Below, piece after piece: positions 15,008 through 27,398 of a stretch of DNA of 60,000 nucleotides (its first letter is position 1; the number at the start of each line of letters is the position of its first letter). The DNA lies in the NCBI GenBank assembly GCA_965235115.1, contig OZ249436.1, positions 51,152,001 through 51,212,000 on the forward strand. Direction: 5' to 3'. Source of the DNA: Laetmonice hystrix (taxonomy: Eukaryota). The notes beneath the pieces are model-generated. The model did not search any database and was not told the origin of the DNA. It worked only from the letters and a program-made list of their open reading frames with translations. Position numbers and translations under genes: made by a program.

Positions 15008-15716
15008 CTCCGATTTCAAGGCCTATTTGGTTCTTCCTTGCTACCAGTTCAGGTACGGTCAAGCACTTTTTTGTTCAGGTGAAGTTTAATTAGTTTCAGT
15101 GACGGAAAGCTGCGAGCCTACGACCTCTGTCTATGAATGCCAGGTAGAAACTGACTACTGCGACTCAACCCCGGTCGAACTGGCTGAGTTTCCCGCGATG
15201 CATGCGCAAGGTGTCCCCGTCGCTGTGATGAGAGTGGAAATGTAAAAGTAAATGTAAAACTTCTCTCGCCTTACAGCGAGGCTACGGAATAATATCAATC
15301 ATCATCGAAATAAGAAAAGATAGGCCGATAATCAACAGGTTCTCTGTCTCTGGGGCAATGTATGAGGATGATCCATGGATACATGCATGCAGTATAAATA
15401 CCACAAAATCCAACCAGCCTATAACTGGCTGGTTGGATGTTCTAGGCCAACTTCCTACCACGACATATAACTTCAGTGTAGCCTACGTAAAGAAAATTTA
15501 GGTCTGCTTACCTCTGATGGCTTGTGTAGTTGTCCGTGGCTACCAACGCAAGTGAGGTTTAACCAAGCAGTCGAGTTCTTTGTTCAGTTTGAGTTGAATT
15601 GGTTTCAATGACGGAAAGCTGTGCTCCTATGACCTCTCTCTATGAATGCCAGGTAGTCGACTGGCGACTGGCACGCCGGCCCAAACTGGTTCGCATTTTC
15701 CCGCCACGCATGCGCA
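15008..15716 (-). promoter_or_regulatory. Duplicated promoter and first-exon module with E2F-like and NRF1-like motifs
   Basis: Two diverged copies (~15060-15210, ~15575-15716), each with TTTCCCGC (15189, 15697) next to GCATGCGCA (15200, 15708), and each followed on the minus strand by a donor (GAG|gtaggt at 15008; GAG|gtaagc at 15512). Confidence 0.55.
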
Positions 15717-17777
15717 TCGGTCAGATTTAATTAATATTCATGTATTTCATTTGCCTCGTCCGTAGGGGCGGTGGATTTCATGCTTCACTGAACTGTTGGA
15801 AATGCACACATGCGAACTCCGGTCGTCCTATATCAACAATGAACAGCGATCCACTGTAAATGACCGGTCATAGAAAATGCAAAACGTTGACCGAAATATT
15901 ATATGTCCTTGGGATATTTCATTCATTCCGTTATGTTCGTCCTCTTCAGAGGGAGAACATTTACCACTGCGGATGGTTCAAACAGTATGGTTTGAATATC
16001 AGTCCCATTGTCGATGTGTAAAAAATGTTTCGGCCAGTCGTTGGTACCACATACTCCCTTGAGAGACTCAAGTCACCACTCCACCGCACTGCCCACCTCC
16101 CAACTCACCCCCACCCACCCAAGTACACGTGTACAGCCTACTGACCGGTCATTGTTTTTGCGTACATATCCACTGGCCCTATCGCCTGGTGTTCCTCTTT
16201 GCCTGTCGCCACCTGTAATCCACGTATACGTAGTCGGAGTGTGTGTGTGTGTGGGGGGGGGGGGTCTGGATGGCGTTCCCCGTAAGTCAAGGAGGCACCA
16301 AGTCTGTTATGTCATTCACTGGGCCCGCTTCCATGTACACAATTCACAGTGACACACGTATCTTTGCTCTGGCCAGCACAGTTGTTCGGTCTAAGTGAGG
16401 TAATACATGTATTAGGAGTGCTGGAAGAGTGCTGTTCACCTCAATATCAGACATTCAGCCTTGTAGAAAATGTCTCACGTACACGATGGCTCAAAAAATA
16501 TTCCTGACTCCCGTATAGCGCACAATAGAGGCCGACAAGCGTGGGCGTCGGAGAATATTCAGAGTTAGGGGGCAGCTTCAGATCTGATACCAGCTAGGGG
16601 GCAAAGGCTTTCACAGCTACAATTAGATCAAATCCGATGCTTCACATAGATATTATGATTTACAGATGTACATTCATCGATTACAAAGGACATATCACTC
16701 CGACCTATTATCCTTGAAAGTTGTCTTTCCTTTATGTCAAGAATTAAAATATCTATGTCTGTGTTGGCCTGTCTCACATCTACACTTCTACTGCGAAAAG
16801 GTTTAAAATGCCAAGAGACGCATCATTGAAGAGTTATATAATAATTACTGACGAGATATCAAAGGTCGTTAGTTGTTATAAAAGGGACATGTGGAAGTTC
16901 AAAGTCCATTTATAGGCCTACCCAATGAACAATCTATATAATAATAGGTAGGGTAAAGGTTCCTGCAACTTGGGCTATCTTCTCTTCTGTGCCAAAGTGT
17001 ACGCCCCTCAATCTACCCGAAATGTCTGCTACATATTCTCCCATGTGAAATGGCTATTTTATTTTTATTGCAATTTTCACTTTCATGTCGTTTTTTTGCT
17101 CATTTGTTCCCCGACGTCGGTGTTTCGGCCGCCATTTTGTCGGTTGCTATAAAGGACGCCAGTTGGTAAACATTCCAAATTGGAGTCAATGGAGCGTGTC
17201 CTATACCAGAGTGACCAGTGTCCAGGGCCATTGGCCTGCGCGAAATTTACACGCGCTGTGCAAAAGCAAATGGGGGTGGACATGAAAACTGCGTGGCCCG
17301 TGATCCCGCCACTATTGTTATGGAGTCCTTGGTTTTAACATGGAACTGGTTTAAAGTGGTATTTGCACGTCGTGTGGAATGGCACAAGACGGCTACTGAC
17401 TGATCATTTCGGAGCATTTTACCCTTCATTTAGGCGAACAATGGTGCTCAACGTGCAAACCCCCTGGACCACCCCCGAAACTCTAATGGTGCCGGCTTGG
17501 AGGCGTGAAGGAGCTATGAAATAGGATGTGACATTATTCTGTTCGGCATTTACAGAAACTTTGATATGAAATGAAACTATACATCTACATATTTGATCAT
17601 GTCCTGGCGTCAAGATTGATGTCTTGAAAACAGAAACATTTGTGTGAAAAGGGACCCGAATTTCCGTGGAATCATGCAGTGCTCAAGCTCCAGCCCACAC
17701 CACTGATACCTGACGTCATGGTAATTTTTTTTTGGGGGGGGGGGAGGTAGTATCCCCCGCCTATATCCGCCCCATTC

Positions 17778-17862
17778 AGACACAGACACGCATCCCGACA
17801 CACACGCACACACCCACACCCACACACCCACCCCCCCCCCCCCCCACACACACACACCCCTC
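17778..17862. repeat. (CA)n / poly-C simple repeat
   Basis: cacacacgcacacacccacacccacacacccacccccccccccccccacacacacac. Confidence 0.9.
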
Positions 17863-19646
17863 TACAGACACGGTCAATATACATGCATTATTATACATAC
17901 CTATTTTCGTCTTGATATTCTGTACATTACTTGATAACTTATGTGTTTCCATTGTCCTACTTCATTGGCCTGCCCTATTCAATGTTGAATATTTGCACAC
18001 ATTTACATGATGGATATATCTACTGACTGTTTTTTTGAATATTTGTAAAGGCAATCTGTATACAGTATGCAGATGAAGTTTATCTTGAATAACAAATGGT
18101 TGTTATTTACAACGAAATTTGAATATCAACACAAGATTTCAGTAAACAGTCGACGGTATCATTTACGGCATCAGTGACGTGCAGTCTGAGTGCCAGAGAC
18201 GTGCAGTATGAGTGCCAGTGACGTGCAGTCTGAGTATCAATTGGCCCCAAAGACAGCGCCTGTTGCTCTGGCAATACGATCTTCCGAGTGATGGCGGGGT
18301 TTGGTGTGAAGTATGACATTTTGTCGTTCATATATGCACTGCTGTCAGCCGCCACACCACATAAAAAGTGACATTCGTGTTCCTGTGTCTTGGTGGTCCT
18401 TACACGATCACAGAGTCTACATTGATTGGTTATTAATAAGACAGCACGTGCTTGTATACAGCCAGTGTTATGGTATACACATACTACATGCACCAAACGT
18501 ACATGCATACATAATACGTACAAACACCAATCGACATACATTCATACCTACATACAAAACGCTACACTAAACCCGTGCGTGCTTGTTGGCACATGGCTAC
18601 TGACAAATCTCGTAATCCTATTTTGATATACACATATATTTATTATTCTTCAATAAATTTGTAATCCTGCTTTTTTAGTTCCCTTTGTCCTTTTTGATAT
18701 CGCACTCAATCGATTGACTGAATAGTACAAAAATGGATGGACACAATGTATTCGACCATTCAATCATGCAGGTCAATATGCATGACCTTTAGTTATCGTG
18801 GAAGAATGACAATGGTCTTGTCTCATTCCCAAACGCTTTCCCCATCCATCTGTTCGTCGACCCAGTTTATTCAAAACTGTTCCAGACTATTCCAAATATA
18901 TGTCCCGTTACTTCGTCTGAAAAAGGTAAGAACACAACAGAATACGCCATGTTTCTCGGATAGCCAAAGACAAGAATCACTTGTACTTTTATTATGCTTT
19001 ACTCACGGCCAGTAAATCCTCGTCTGTAGTAGTCAGGCTATCACTGAGCCCAGGAACTGTTAATCTAGCACACCCGTATGGCGTCGCTAACATTTCTATC
19101 ATTAAAGTATAATACACCCTTAGCGGCCTGGCCTAAATCTTGTGGCAATATTTTGAGGTAAAGCAGTGCATGTGCTAAAAGTGAATGCCATGAGATTTCA
19201 AAGTGTCATGAAATATCCACTAATTTCATCATCAAGGTGTGAATCTGTGGGAGTTAACGTAAAGATGTCTCTGTAGAACAGTGTAGCTTCTATAGATTCG
19301 CAGTTGTGAAGATCCAGTCTGCCCATTTGAGGCTGATATATTAACATAGCCTCAACAGTAAGCCCCTACCCTACATAAAAAACGACGACTGACTACCAAA
19401 TGTTGTGAACTTCGTAATAAGAAACAGTTTAACCGGCGTATTTTATTATATCAACGCATGCGTGATAATACTGTTCCGCGCGTGACGTCATGGTCGTGCC
19501 AGGCACTCGGCCAACCCGGCCCTGACCGGAATTAGTACGTGTGATGGTCGTTAGAGGGAACCACCGCTGCCGGTGCTGTGGAGAAGTGCATGACGGAAGC
19601 CAATTTTAGAAGCGGTGAAAGCCAGTCAGGGAACAGCGAGGCCACG

Positions 19647-21078
19647 CTAGGAGCGGCGAAGACCAGTCTGCATGTGTCCACGCAGAGCTGACTGGAGATA
19701 TTGACGCTGAGCGTCCTCGGAAAGATCATCCAGGGGTTGGTATCGCAACTCCTCCACGGCCTCGTTTGGGTGATGGTTCAGGGAGGTCTTCTGGTAAACA
19801 TCGAAAGGTCATTGAGTCACAACTGTTATAAACCAGAATGTTTGCTCCCGTAATAAGTAAATATATATTATTAATGAATTAATCGATGCCTTAGTTGTCG
19901 AAGTTAGTTACAGGATGGGTTTCATTTGGAAGATTCGTGATCGACAAGCTACATACCAGTTTCTTGTCGAGGTTGGCGATCTGGCTTTGGACATCCAACT
20001 TCCAGTTCTGAAATAATTCAAGTAGGCCTACATGAAGAAATTATGAGAGGAAAACGCCACAATGCCTACTTTATCCAGTAAGGTGATTGCTCAAGTAGCC
20101 CTTTTAACACATTCTATGTTAGTCATATGTTTTTGGGCACTGACACGCAAATATAGGGAAATGTAACAATATCCATTTTCTCGCCACTGTAGGCCTACCT
20201 TTGGTTTGCGATTCAAGCAGGTCGTTTGCTGCTAATAAGTAACAAACCCGTTTTATATTATTGAGCCAAGGTGGCTCACATGTGTTCCTAATTGTATAAG
20301 TATACCGCACGCATATATTATCAGATCGAATCGATGTAAACGTATTCAAGATCGTTTTGCTCAGCTGACTGGTTGAATTTAATTGTTCACACTGTCGTAT
20401 ACGTCCTACGGAATACATGTACAAGTTGTATGCTGATTTAGGGCATTAACTAGATCTCCAGGAACTTTCGAATACCACGAATCTAGTTATACTTGTACTG
20501 GGGAACGATATCATTGGAAACCAACCGGCACAAATTTGATTGGCTATACCTAGATCCGTAATTTTGTTATACAGGAGCCCAGTTACCAATGACTGCACAC
20601 TTAACACGGGACTATAATACTGAACCGCCGATATTGAAAAGACTTTATCCAAAAAAAATCGCATTGCTGAAACGATTCTATAGGTCTGCGACTACATGCA
20701 CGATAAATCCACACTGAAACACATAAGATCGTTCCAAGATAAAGATCAATATCTTTTGTAACTCTCCCCATGAATTCTGGATTGAATAGGCCTACATGGC
20801 CGATATATACGATATCTGTCCTTCATTTTGTTTGCAAAAGAAACCCCCTTCAGTGAACCCCACCAAGGCATGCAATATTCAATCTAATATTGTGGTGATT
20901 TATCTGTTGGTATGAAGGTGAATAGGTGGGTTAAACTCACAGCAAACAGTTCCCGTTTCTCGATGTTCCACTCCTGTGGCAGACTCCACTGTTCCGGAAC
21001 GTTGCCAGTCCTCACGAGGTTGACGCTGGGTAGTCCGTGCGAGGACGTGGAGCAGGAGTCATCCAACCTGTGCGCCAT
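19647..21078 (-). CDS. Unrecognised 110-aa protein, 3 coding exons (20941-21078, 19957-20007, 19647-19790)
   Basis: AAGATGG start. Phase-0 junctions GCT|gtgagt, tttcag|AAC...CTG|gtatgt, taccag|AAG...TAG. Product MAHRLDDSCSTSSHGLPSVNLVRTGNVPEQWSLPQEWNIEKRELFA-NWKLDVQSQIANLDKKL-KTSLNHHPNEAVEELRYQPLDDLSEDAQRQYLQSALRGHMQTGLRRS*. Exons are GC3-rich against an AT-rich background. Confidence 0.85.
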
Positions 21079-23096
21079 CTTGTTACAGTAGTGGAGGTGG
21101 GTAGGACGTTAGTGGAGTGGTCGGGGTGGACGGATAAACAGGTCGGGATAACCTCCCGGGACAACAGGCGAGGCAATCCGAGGGAACACTGGATCGACGC
21201 GGAGACAAATCTAGCAGGTGGTTCACCTGGCAGTCACACCAAGCCGCTGGCAACGGAACCAACAACCAACCTCTAATCTGCGCTCAGTCATATAGCATAA
21301 GCGGCTTATGTGTGATGTACGGTGTATGCTATACACTATATAATCGCCACATATTATTGGCACCGTTGTTTCAGTGGCGAAAGATCTCCAATGTCTATCT
21401 CGTTATAGACGGACCCCTTGTAAGGTCTAATTCGGCCGAAGGCTTGGAAAACACAATACGATTACGTGTGGAAACCACACGTTGGAATGAGAACTCGGGA
21501 TGAACTTTGAGAACGTGTAGGCTACACCATGTAATGAAGGTCATACATAATTCATGATTAACATGATTAGGCCTAACCTACTTACAGCCGCGCCCAACAG
21601 TTGAGTTTTTAACTACAGGGGCCCTTTTTACTAGAGTCAAATATAACGACGTCGACAAATTAATATAGAAGTGAATGGGTTGCTATGTCGAAAACAACGA
21701 CCTAGCAACCATATTGGTACATATTGATATAATTATGCCACTGAATAACTCTGGGTTGTTCGTTTTTTTGTTTTTCGTGGATTTATTTTTTTCTACAGCT
21801 CTACAGGTCATTATTATTGTTGTACCATTATTGTTGAAAGGACAAGGTGTTATGAATATCAGAAGTATATGCCAGAATCCTCACATATTGTCTCCCATAC
21901 GATATATACATGGTCTGACAATAAACAAATGGTTCCCTCAATTGCCCGATGGAATTGCGAGGCGATCGTTAAAGCTAAAACACGACACTGTACAGAAAGT
22001 TTTGAAAAATACTTCGAGGCCTACTTCTTCAATTATGACTGTTTCGCTGTTGGCCAACATATCACAGATAATATTCATTTTATAAGCCTAAATTAGGAAC
22101 AAATATCATCGTTTTCCGGGTATTAAAAAGGTGATCGTCTTTTTCAATAGGGAGTGAAAGTAACGGCACAATCTTGTGGGATTTTGCCAGTTCCGGGGAA
22201 TAGACGCCGCTTGCGGTGTCAATGGTCAAAACTATGGACCAAACCTTATACAACATCCCCCACCAAGCCTACTGCAATTATTAATTTCCAACTTTGCACA
22301 GATGATTTCTGACACTGAATGGTAAGTCTAAATCTAGCCTTAAAATATTTTTAAATGTGCTTGTATCTTCACATGCCGCGATTCTCCTATAGGGGCCTAT
22401 GTTTACAACTGTGCGCCATTCCCCGGAAGTGGCTTTGTTCCACCCATTATCGTCCCACGGGGTGACGTCACTTTCACTCCCTGTTGTATGGAAAATGTCC
22501 GATTTTGCCCACAAAATTCGCAGGGAAATATACTCAAAATGAAGTATTCAGAGGCAGCAGTTTATAGACAAGTAGGCCTAAGTATCATACATGTGTTTTA
22601 AGAATGCCGCATTCGGAATGTGGTTAACTTTCCTTTGACAGGAGAAGCGTGGCCCAGTGGACCAAGTTTCTGGTTGACGATGCATTTTGTACGTGAGAAA
22701 GTTTGTGAATAACGTGCTGCCAGATTAGTGTTTTCCCTTGGGTTCTTCCGTTCCCGAGTAGTCAAACGCTCACTGTCTACTTTGACATGACGTTGCTGGG
22801 GTATAAAAAAAATTAATCTCAACCCCTCAACTATAATAGGATATCCATCCTGAAAGGTACATATGTTTTTAACCAAAGTTCATCTACACATGCCCCTTTC
22901 TGCATGTGGCTGTCAGCGAGACGAGCATCAACTTGTGCATTTTTACACCTTGCCTTTAGGCTTCGCGATAATTAGTTTTCTAAAAGTAAATTACTAAAAT
23001 TACAAAGAATCTTTCTACCATCAATCGGAAACACAATACCAAGAAGCCATACGTTATTCTCAGCATGCTCTCAGCGGATATTAAACTTCGCGGCTG

Positions 23097-23216
23097 AAGT
23101 CGGCGAATGGCCGTGACGTCATAAAATGAGTAATAATAGATGCTAATCCTAACCTTAGCCCTTACCCTAACACTCATTATCGCTCATTTCGTGACGTCAC
23201 GGCCATTCGACGACTT
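23097..23216. mobile_element. Small foldback element with a telomere-like (CCTAA/CCCTAA) loop
   Basis: Arms aagtcggcgaatggccgtgacgtcataaaatgag / ctcatttcgtgacgtcacggccattcgacgactt flank ctaatcctaaccttagcccttaccctaac. Confidence 0.75.
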
Positions 23217-26200
23217 TGACAACCTCTTGACCTCCCAACTGGCTGACTTAATCCGCCCAGAAGATGAGCCCGTTGTAGTGTCATTTCCGACTTTATCTAT
23301 ATTTGTCAAGGTCATCAGTGTGAAAGCCTGTCAGTGAGGTGCGCCCGCGAAAGCCTCTCTTAGATTATGGAATTTTCTACTTAATATAACAAAATAAACA
23401 ATATTGTCTGAGCGCGCGCCTCTTGCAGCTAATGTAAGTTATGAGGGCCGAGGGGTTTTGATTGGCGGTCGGGTTCTAGCTATGCCCGAACAAACAGGTT
23501 ATCACTTCCAAGTGCCGGCCGCCAGGCGTTTTGGCATCAGAAAAAAAGTCTTTGGTTTCCGCAAGGAATATAAATAAAGATTGAGAGTCATTTTGTCACA
23601 GAAAATTAACGTTCTTTTTAAGGCGTACATGCGGTATTTAAGTCAACGCTAGACTAGAGCGAGATTCCCTTCCACACCCGGAAGTTACGTGATCACGCGT
23701 GATCATCGCCCGACCGCGGCCAACTCAAATATCCTGTGGGCCGTTCGCTAATTCTGAGCTACGTATTTGCGAGAGATGTGGCATATTTTCCTTACTAAAT
23801 ACTGGTCGCTGGGCCATAACAGTCTCACATGATGTTACTGGGAGTCCAAGGTATGCGAATCATATGTTTCTAAGACTGCCATAAATCGAAAAAATGAATT
23901 TTACGGCTCCCTTTAACATCAAGACAAATATACTTTTACTCAAATAGGAAAATATATTCCATATGCACAACTCCTTATATAAGTAAAGTTGTGCATGTGA
24001 ATGGGGGTTTATATATCCAATCTGAATTAGTATGCTCGGTGGGCGTATCGGTTATTAAATACATCAGTAATTCGATCTCTAGTCCTACTCTTAGCGCTAA
24101 GTGTCAACCATGCTGAATTAGGCTCCTAAGTGACTGCCGCCAACGAGTAGGCCCAAATGCGTCGGCTGGTGAATGGCACCTTTGTTATATCGGATTTATG
24201 AACTGATTAAGGCTTACAGTACTGGAAAGTCCAGCGCAACACTGTAAAGATTCCTCGCCTCAAGTCATGTAGCTAGCAACAGCGGGAGGACTAGGACCGG
24301 TTCTGGGGAGTGGACGTGTCCCTGTACGAACACCATGCGGTGTACGAACGTACACTGCGGTAAGGTTGGCAGAGGAAGATTTCTCCTCACAATTAAAGTG
24401 AAGCCAACTTACACAGCAGGAGGTGCTGTGGCAAGACCGAGAGTTCAGCCACAATGGTGAAAGGTTTCACGTACTTCGTTGGCCTTTCTCAAACAAGCAG
24501 CGTCAGTGAAGATTGCGAGCCTTGAGGAATTAAGTGGAGGCTTGGAGAGGGCGATGCTGTGGAGGAGGGCGCCAATCTAAGGACAACGCTGTCGGGGGCA
24601 ACTTCGCAATCTGTGTGACTGCAGCAATTGAAGCTGGCGTGTGCAGTAAGTATGCCGACGTCGCCTTAACCTTTCGAGGAAGCCGCTCGCCATGGGAGTT
24701 GCGCTACCTGGGACGAGCAGTCAGCCGCCTGTCACCTGTAGGTCTACCTCACGGGTACACATGCCATGCTAGTCGATCCCAGACCTCAACCATTCGACAC
24801 AATTCGAACCTGGAAGTCATTTACGACTCCCATTTGGTTACCGCGTGGGGCAATCCGTCAATTCCTTGACAGCGGGGTCTGATCGTGATCAAATCGTACT
24901 GGAGCGAAGAGTTGCCTATTCAGGCCATGACCACCGAGGCCACTCTTGATCTACTTTTGTTCAAGGTTGTGGTCCCTTTTCAGCCCATTACTGTTAGACA
25001 ATCAGACAATGTGCAAGAAGTGACATAAGCATACAAAGAGAGTTTTTAAACATTCTTTTCCCCCGCATGTCTTCACAGTTTTCGTACGATACATCGATTT
25101 AGTCGCAACTTTCATGAAGGGCTATAAGAGTTAATCCCAAATGCAATAATAATTGTTCAGTGCCTATTCATCCCTATACATGTTCTTTATACAATGTAGC
25201 ATGCAGGGTTTTAGACAGTTTAATTATAATATCAATAATAACTCTGGGGGCTTACATTTATTTTTTTACATCATTGCCGTCTGTGTTTGATCGTTTAGTC
25301 AGTGCCATCCATCATCAACCACCATATCCAATCAGAAATGTTAACGGTGACATTTTGATTTGATGTTTTTCGTGTCCAATTAATGACCCAGGCGGCTGTT
25401 ATTCATCCTCTAGATTTTGTTTGCCCATTGATTAATGTTCACCTGTAATTGCAGCCAATGTAAAGCACTTGAGTCGTTCAACGAGTTCGGACTAGGACTG
25501 AGCTTAGAACCTTTTGTAGTCGCCGGAATCTTGGCGAGACATAATATTATACGGTTCCGTGCAAGCTTTCTTTCAAGCAAGAATATATTATATAATGCGT
25601 ATACCTAGGATTTTTGCTGATAGAAATAACATGGAGGAACGAGCTTTGTATACTATTTAACAATGACATGGTTTAAATGTGACGAGAAAGACATCCCGGG
25701 TAGGTCTATCTTAGCCCACACGCCGCGAGCGGATCTGGGACATACCCTCGGTTATACCTCGGCTTCAACTAGTCGGTAACGTACGACTTTAAAACTGTAG
25801 CTCTAAGCAGCTTAGGCCTGTATGTGCCGATCGCTATAGTTTGTGTAGTGAAGAAACCATGTAGGCGTAGCTAGACCATAGGCCTACCGTTTTAATCTGC
25901 TTTTACTCCGCCATCCAAGGAGACTAAGTATTGCACATATTGTAGTCGTTATGGATGTTTGCCTAAAGCGTATGATCCCTGCAGAACAATGGGAGCTTTT
26001 GCAGGAAAGGGGGTCTGACGCGTGAATTATTGACTGTGTTTTAATCGGAAGCCAGTGAGCATGATAATTTGAATTAGTCAGACAGTAAAGCTCCATGAAC
26101 TCCGACTTCGAGTCACTGCGTTAATTCAACAAACACAACAATCATTTCCTCGGAAATTGTCACTTCCTACCACAACCTATCCACCGAGAATCAATTCTTC

Positions 26201-26237
26201 ATGGCTGTTTTTCTCTCACTCCAGGGGACCTGAATCG

Positions 26238-27398
26238 ATGGATGTCTGCAGCGATGCCGAGGGTTCCGGCAAGTTAGACATTGCCGCGGGAGCCATGACC
26301 CGAACCCCAGAGAAACCCCGTAGTGCGCCAAGCAGCATCGCTGGCGGGGCCGATTGCCAGTCGGACAAACCCAAGTGGATTACCTCCAAGACCAACACGC
26401 TGAAGGAGATCGAGGCTTGGGCCACCAACGGCCGCCAAAACGAAGCCTCTGATTTCGCTCGCCACTCAGGCCAACTGATGGACAACGTGACCGAGCAGCG
26501 AATGCTCCAATGTAAACTGTGGGAACTCTCCAAGGAGAGACACAAGTTTCTCTCTCAGAATGACTACGAGAAGAAGATATTCTTAGACCGCCAACAGCGG
26601 AAGAGCGCCGCTCTGAAGGAGATGCTAGACGGGGTGACCCCGGAAGGCACACGGGCCAGTTGGAATAAGGAAGCCATGAAACGGCGCCTGAACACCCCAG
26701 TGTCCCGCAGCAGGAGTTCGGCCAGGTCGGCCCTCCTCGACAGGGTCGACCCAAAGAATCGCCGCGACCGGCCGCGGGAACTGCAGGCCAAGGACGTAGA
26801 CAGCCGGCAAAGTTCATGTCCCACTCCCAGTGAATCCAGTAGACGGAGCCACTGCACGTTGCCTCATGTGGCGCCATCAGTTTCCTCTCAGGACACAAAT
26901 ACGGAGAGAAACCCCCGCACCAGAGCCAACCTAGCTCTGCTGTTTCCAACAGAACCAACCCTCCCGGTACAGAAGCCGCCCCCTCCGCGGCCCAAGACCT
27001 CCTTTGACCGGGTAACCAACAGCGAACTGTTCGTGGCCGATCACCCACCGACCACAGTACGTTTTGCCGACTCCGCGGCCGACCAGCCAACCTCGCCCCG
27101 TACCTGGACCACGTTCCAGTGGAACCGGGCGTCGACCCTGTCGGCCAAAAGTCGGACGACAACCACGACAGAACGTGAAATCGTCGTGCCGTCACTCGAT
27201 GCCAGATATGCGAAACTGACGCGATCTTTGTCGGACAATTATTCTCACGTGTGCCCTAACAACGGTAGTAACACCATCGCAGGGATCGTCTCCAGGATTG
27301 AAGCGTTACACATGCCTTCAAAGAGACCAAAGGATAGCAAACCTAGAGTAACACACAAAATAAAACAATTCATGCGAGAACGGGGCATCCAATTCTAG
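26238..27398 (+). CDS. Unrecognised ~386-aa protein in one coding exon; mostly disordered, with a predicted helical/coiled-coil block
   Basis: The 413-codon ORF (26157-27398) is GC3-rich. A strong acceptor tttttctctcactccag ends at 26224, and the first ATG follows at 26238 (MDVCSDAEG...). Helical segment EQRMLQCKLWELSKERHKFLSQNDYEKKIFLDRQQRK. Confidence 0.85.
   Translation: MDVCSDAEGSGKLDIAAGAMTRTPEKPRSAPSSIAGGADCQSDKPKWITSKTNTLKEIEAWATNGRQNEASDFARHSGQLMDNVTEQRMLQCKLWELSKERHKFLSQNDYEKKIFLDRQQRKSAALKEMLDGVTPEGTRASWNKEAMKRRLNTPVSRSRSSARSALLDRVDPKNRRDRPRELQAKDVDSRQSSCPTPSESSRRSHCTLPHVAPSVSSQDTNTERNPRTRANLALLFPTEPTLPVQKPPPPRPKTSFDRVTNSELFVADHPPTTVRFADSAADQPTSPRTWTTFQWNRASTLSAKSRTTTTTEREIVVPSLDARYAKLTRSLSDNYSHVCPNNGSNTIAGIVSRIEALHMPSKRPKDSKPRVTHKIKQFMRERGIQF

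Larger units (their letters stand above)
1..15716 (-). pseudogene. Decayed or non-coding spliced transcription unit on the minus strand, containing the tandem array
   Basis: Minus-strand exon-like blocks have canonical splice sites: 32-85 (ttttttcag|...CTG|gtgagt, repeated each unit), 1435-1794 (ttcctttag|AGTTTATGAAATC...AAAT|gtatga), acceptor at 11034 (ccaacag|AGGTTATGAGATT, homologous start), 12861-12901 (ATG..MESTPYNLHNLQK|gtacgt), and first-exon donors at 15008 and 15512. The long exon-like blocks carry stops and frameshifts. Confidence 0.5.

Noticed and set aside
21675..22085. 136-aa ORF
   Set aside because: AT-rich with no coding codon bias; lies in the presumptive promoter region.
24534..24869. 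111-aa ORF upstream of the 386-aa gene
   Set aside because: Non-ATG start and no protein-like features; more likely 5' UTR or promoter sequence.
26216..27238. Antisense ORFs (271 aa, 109 aa and others)
   Set aside because: Shadows of the GC3-rich plus-strand CDS.
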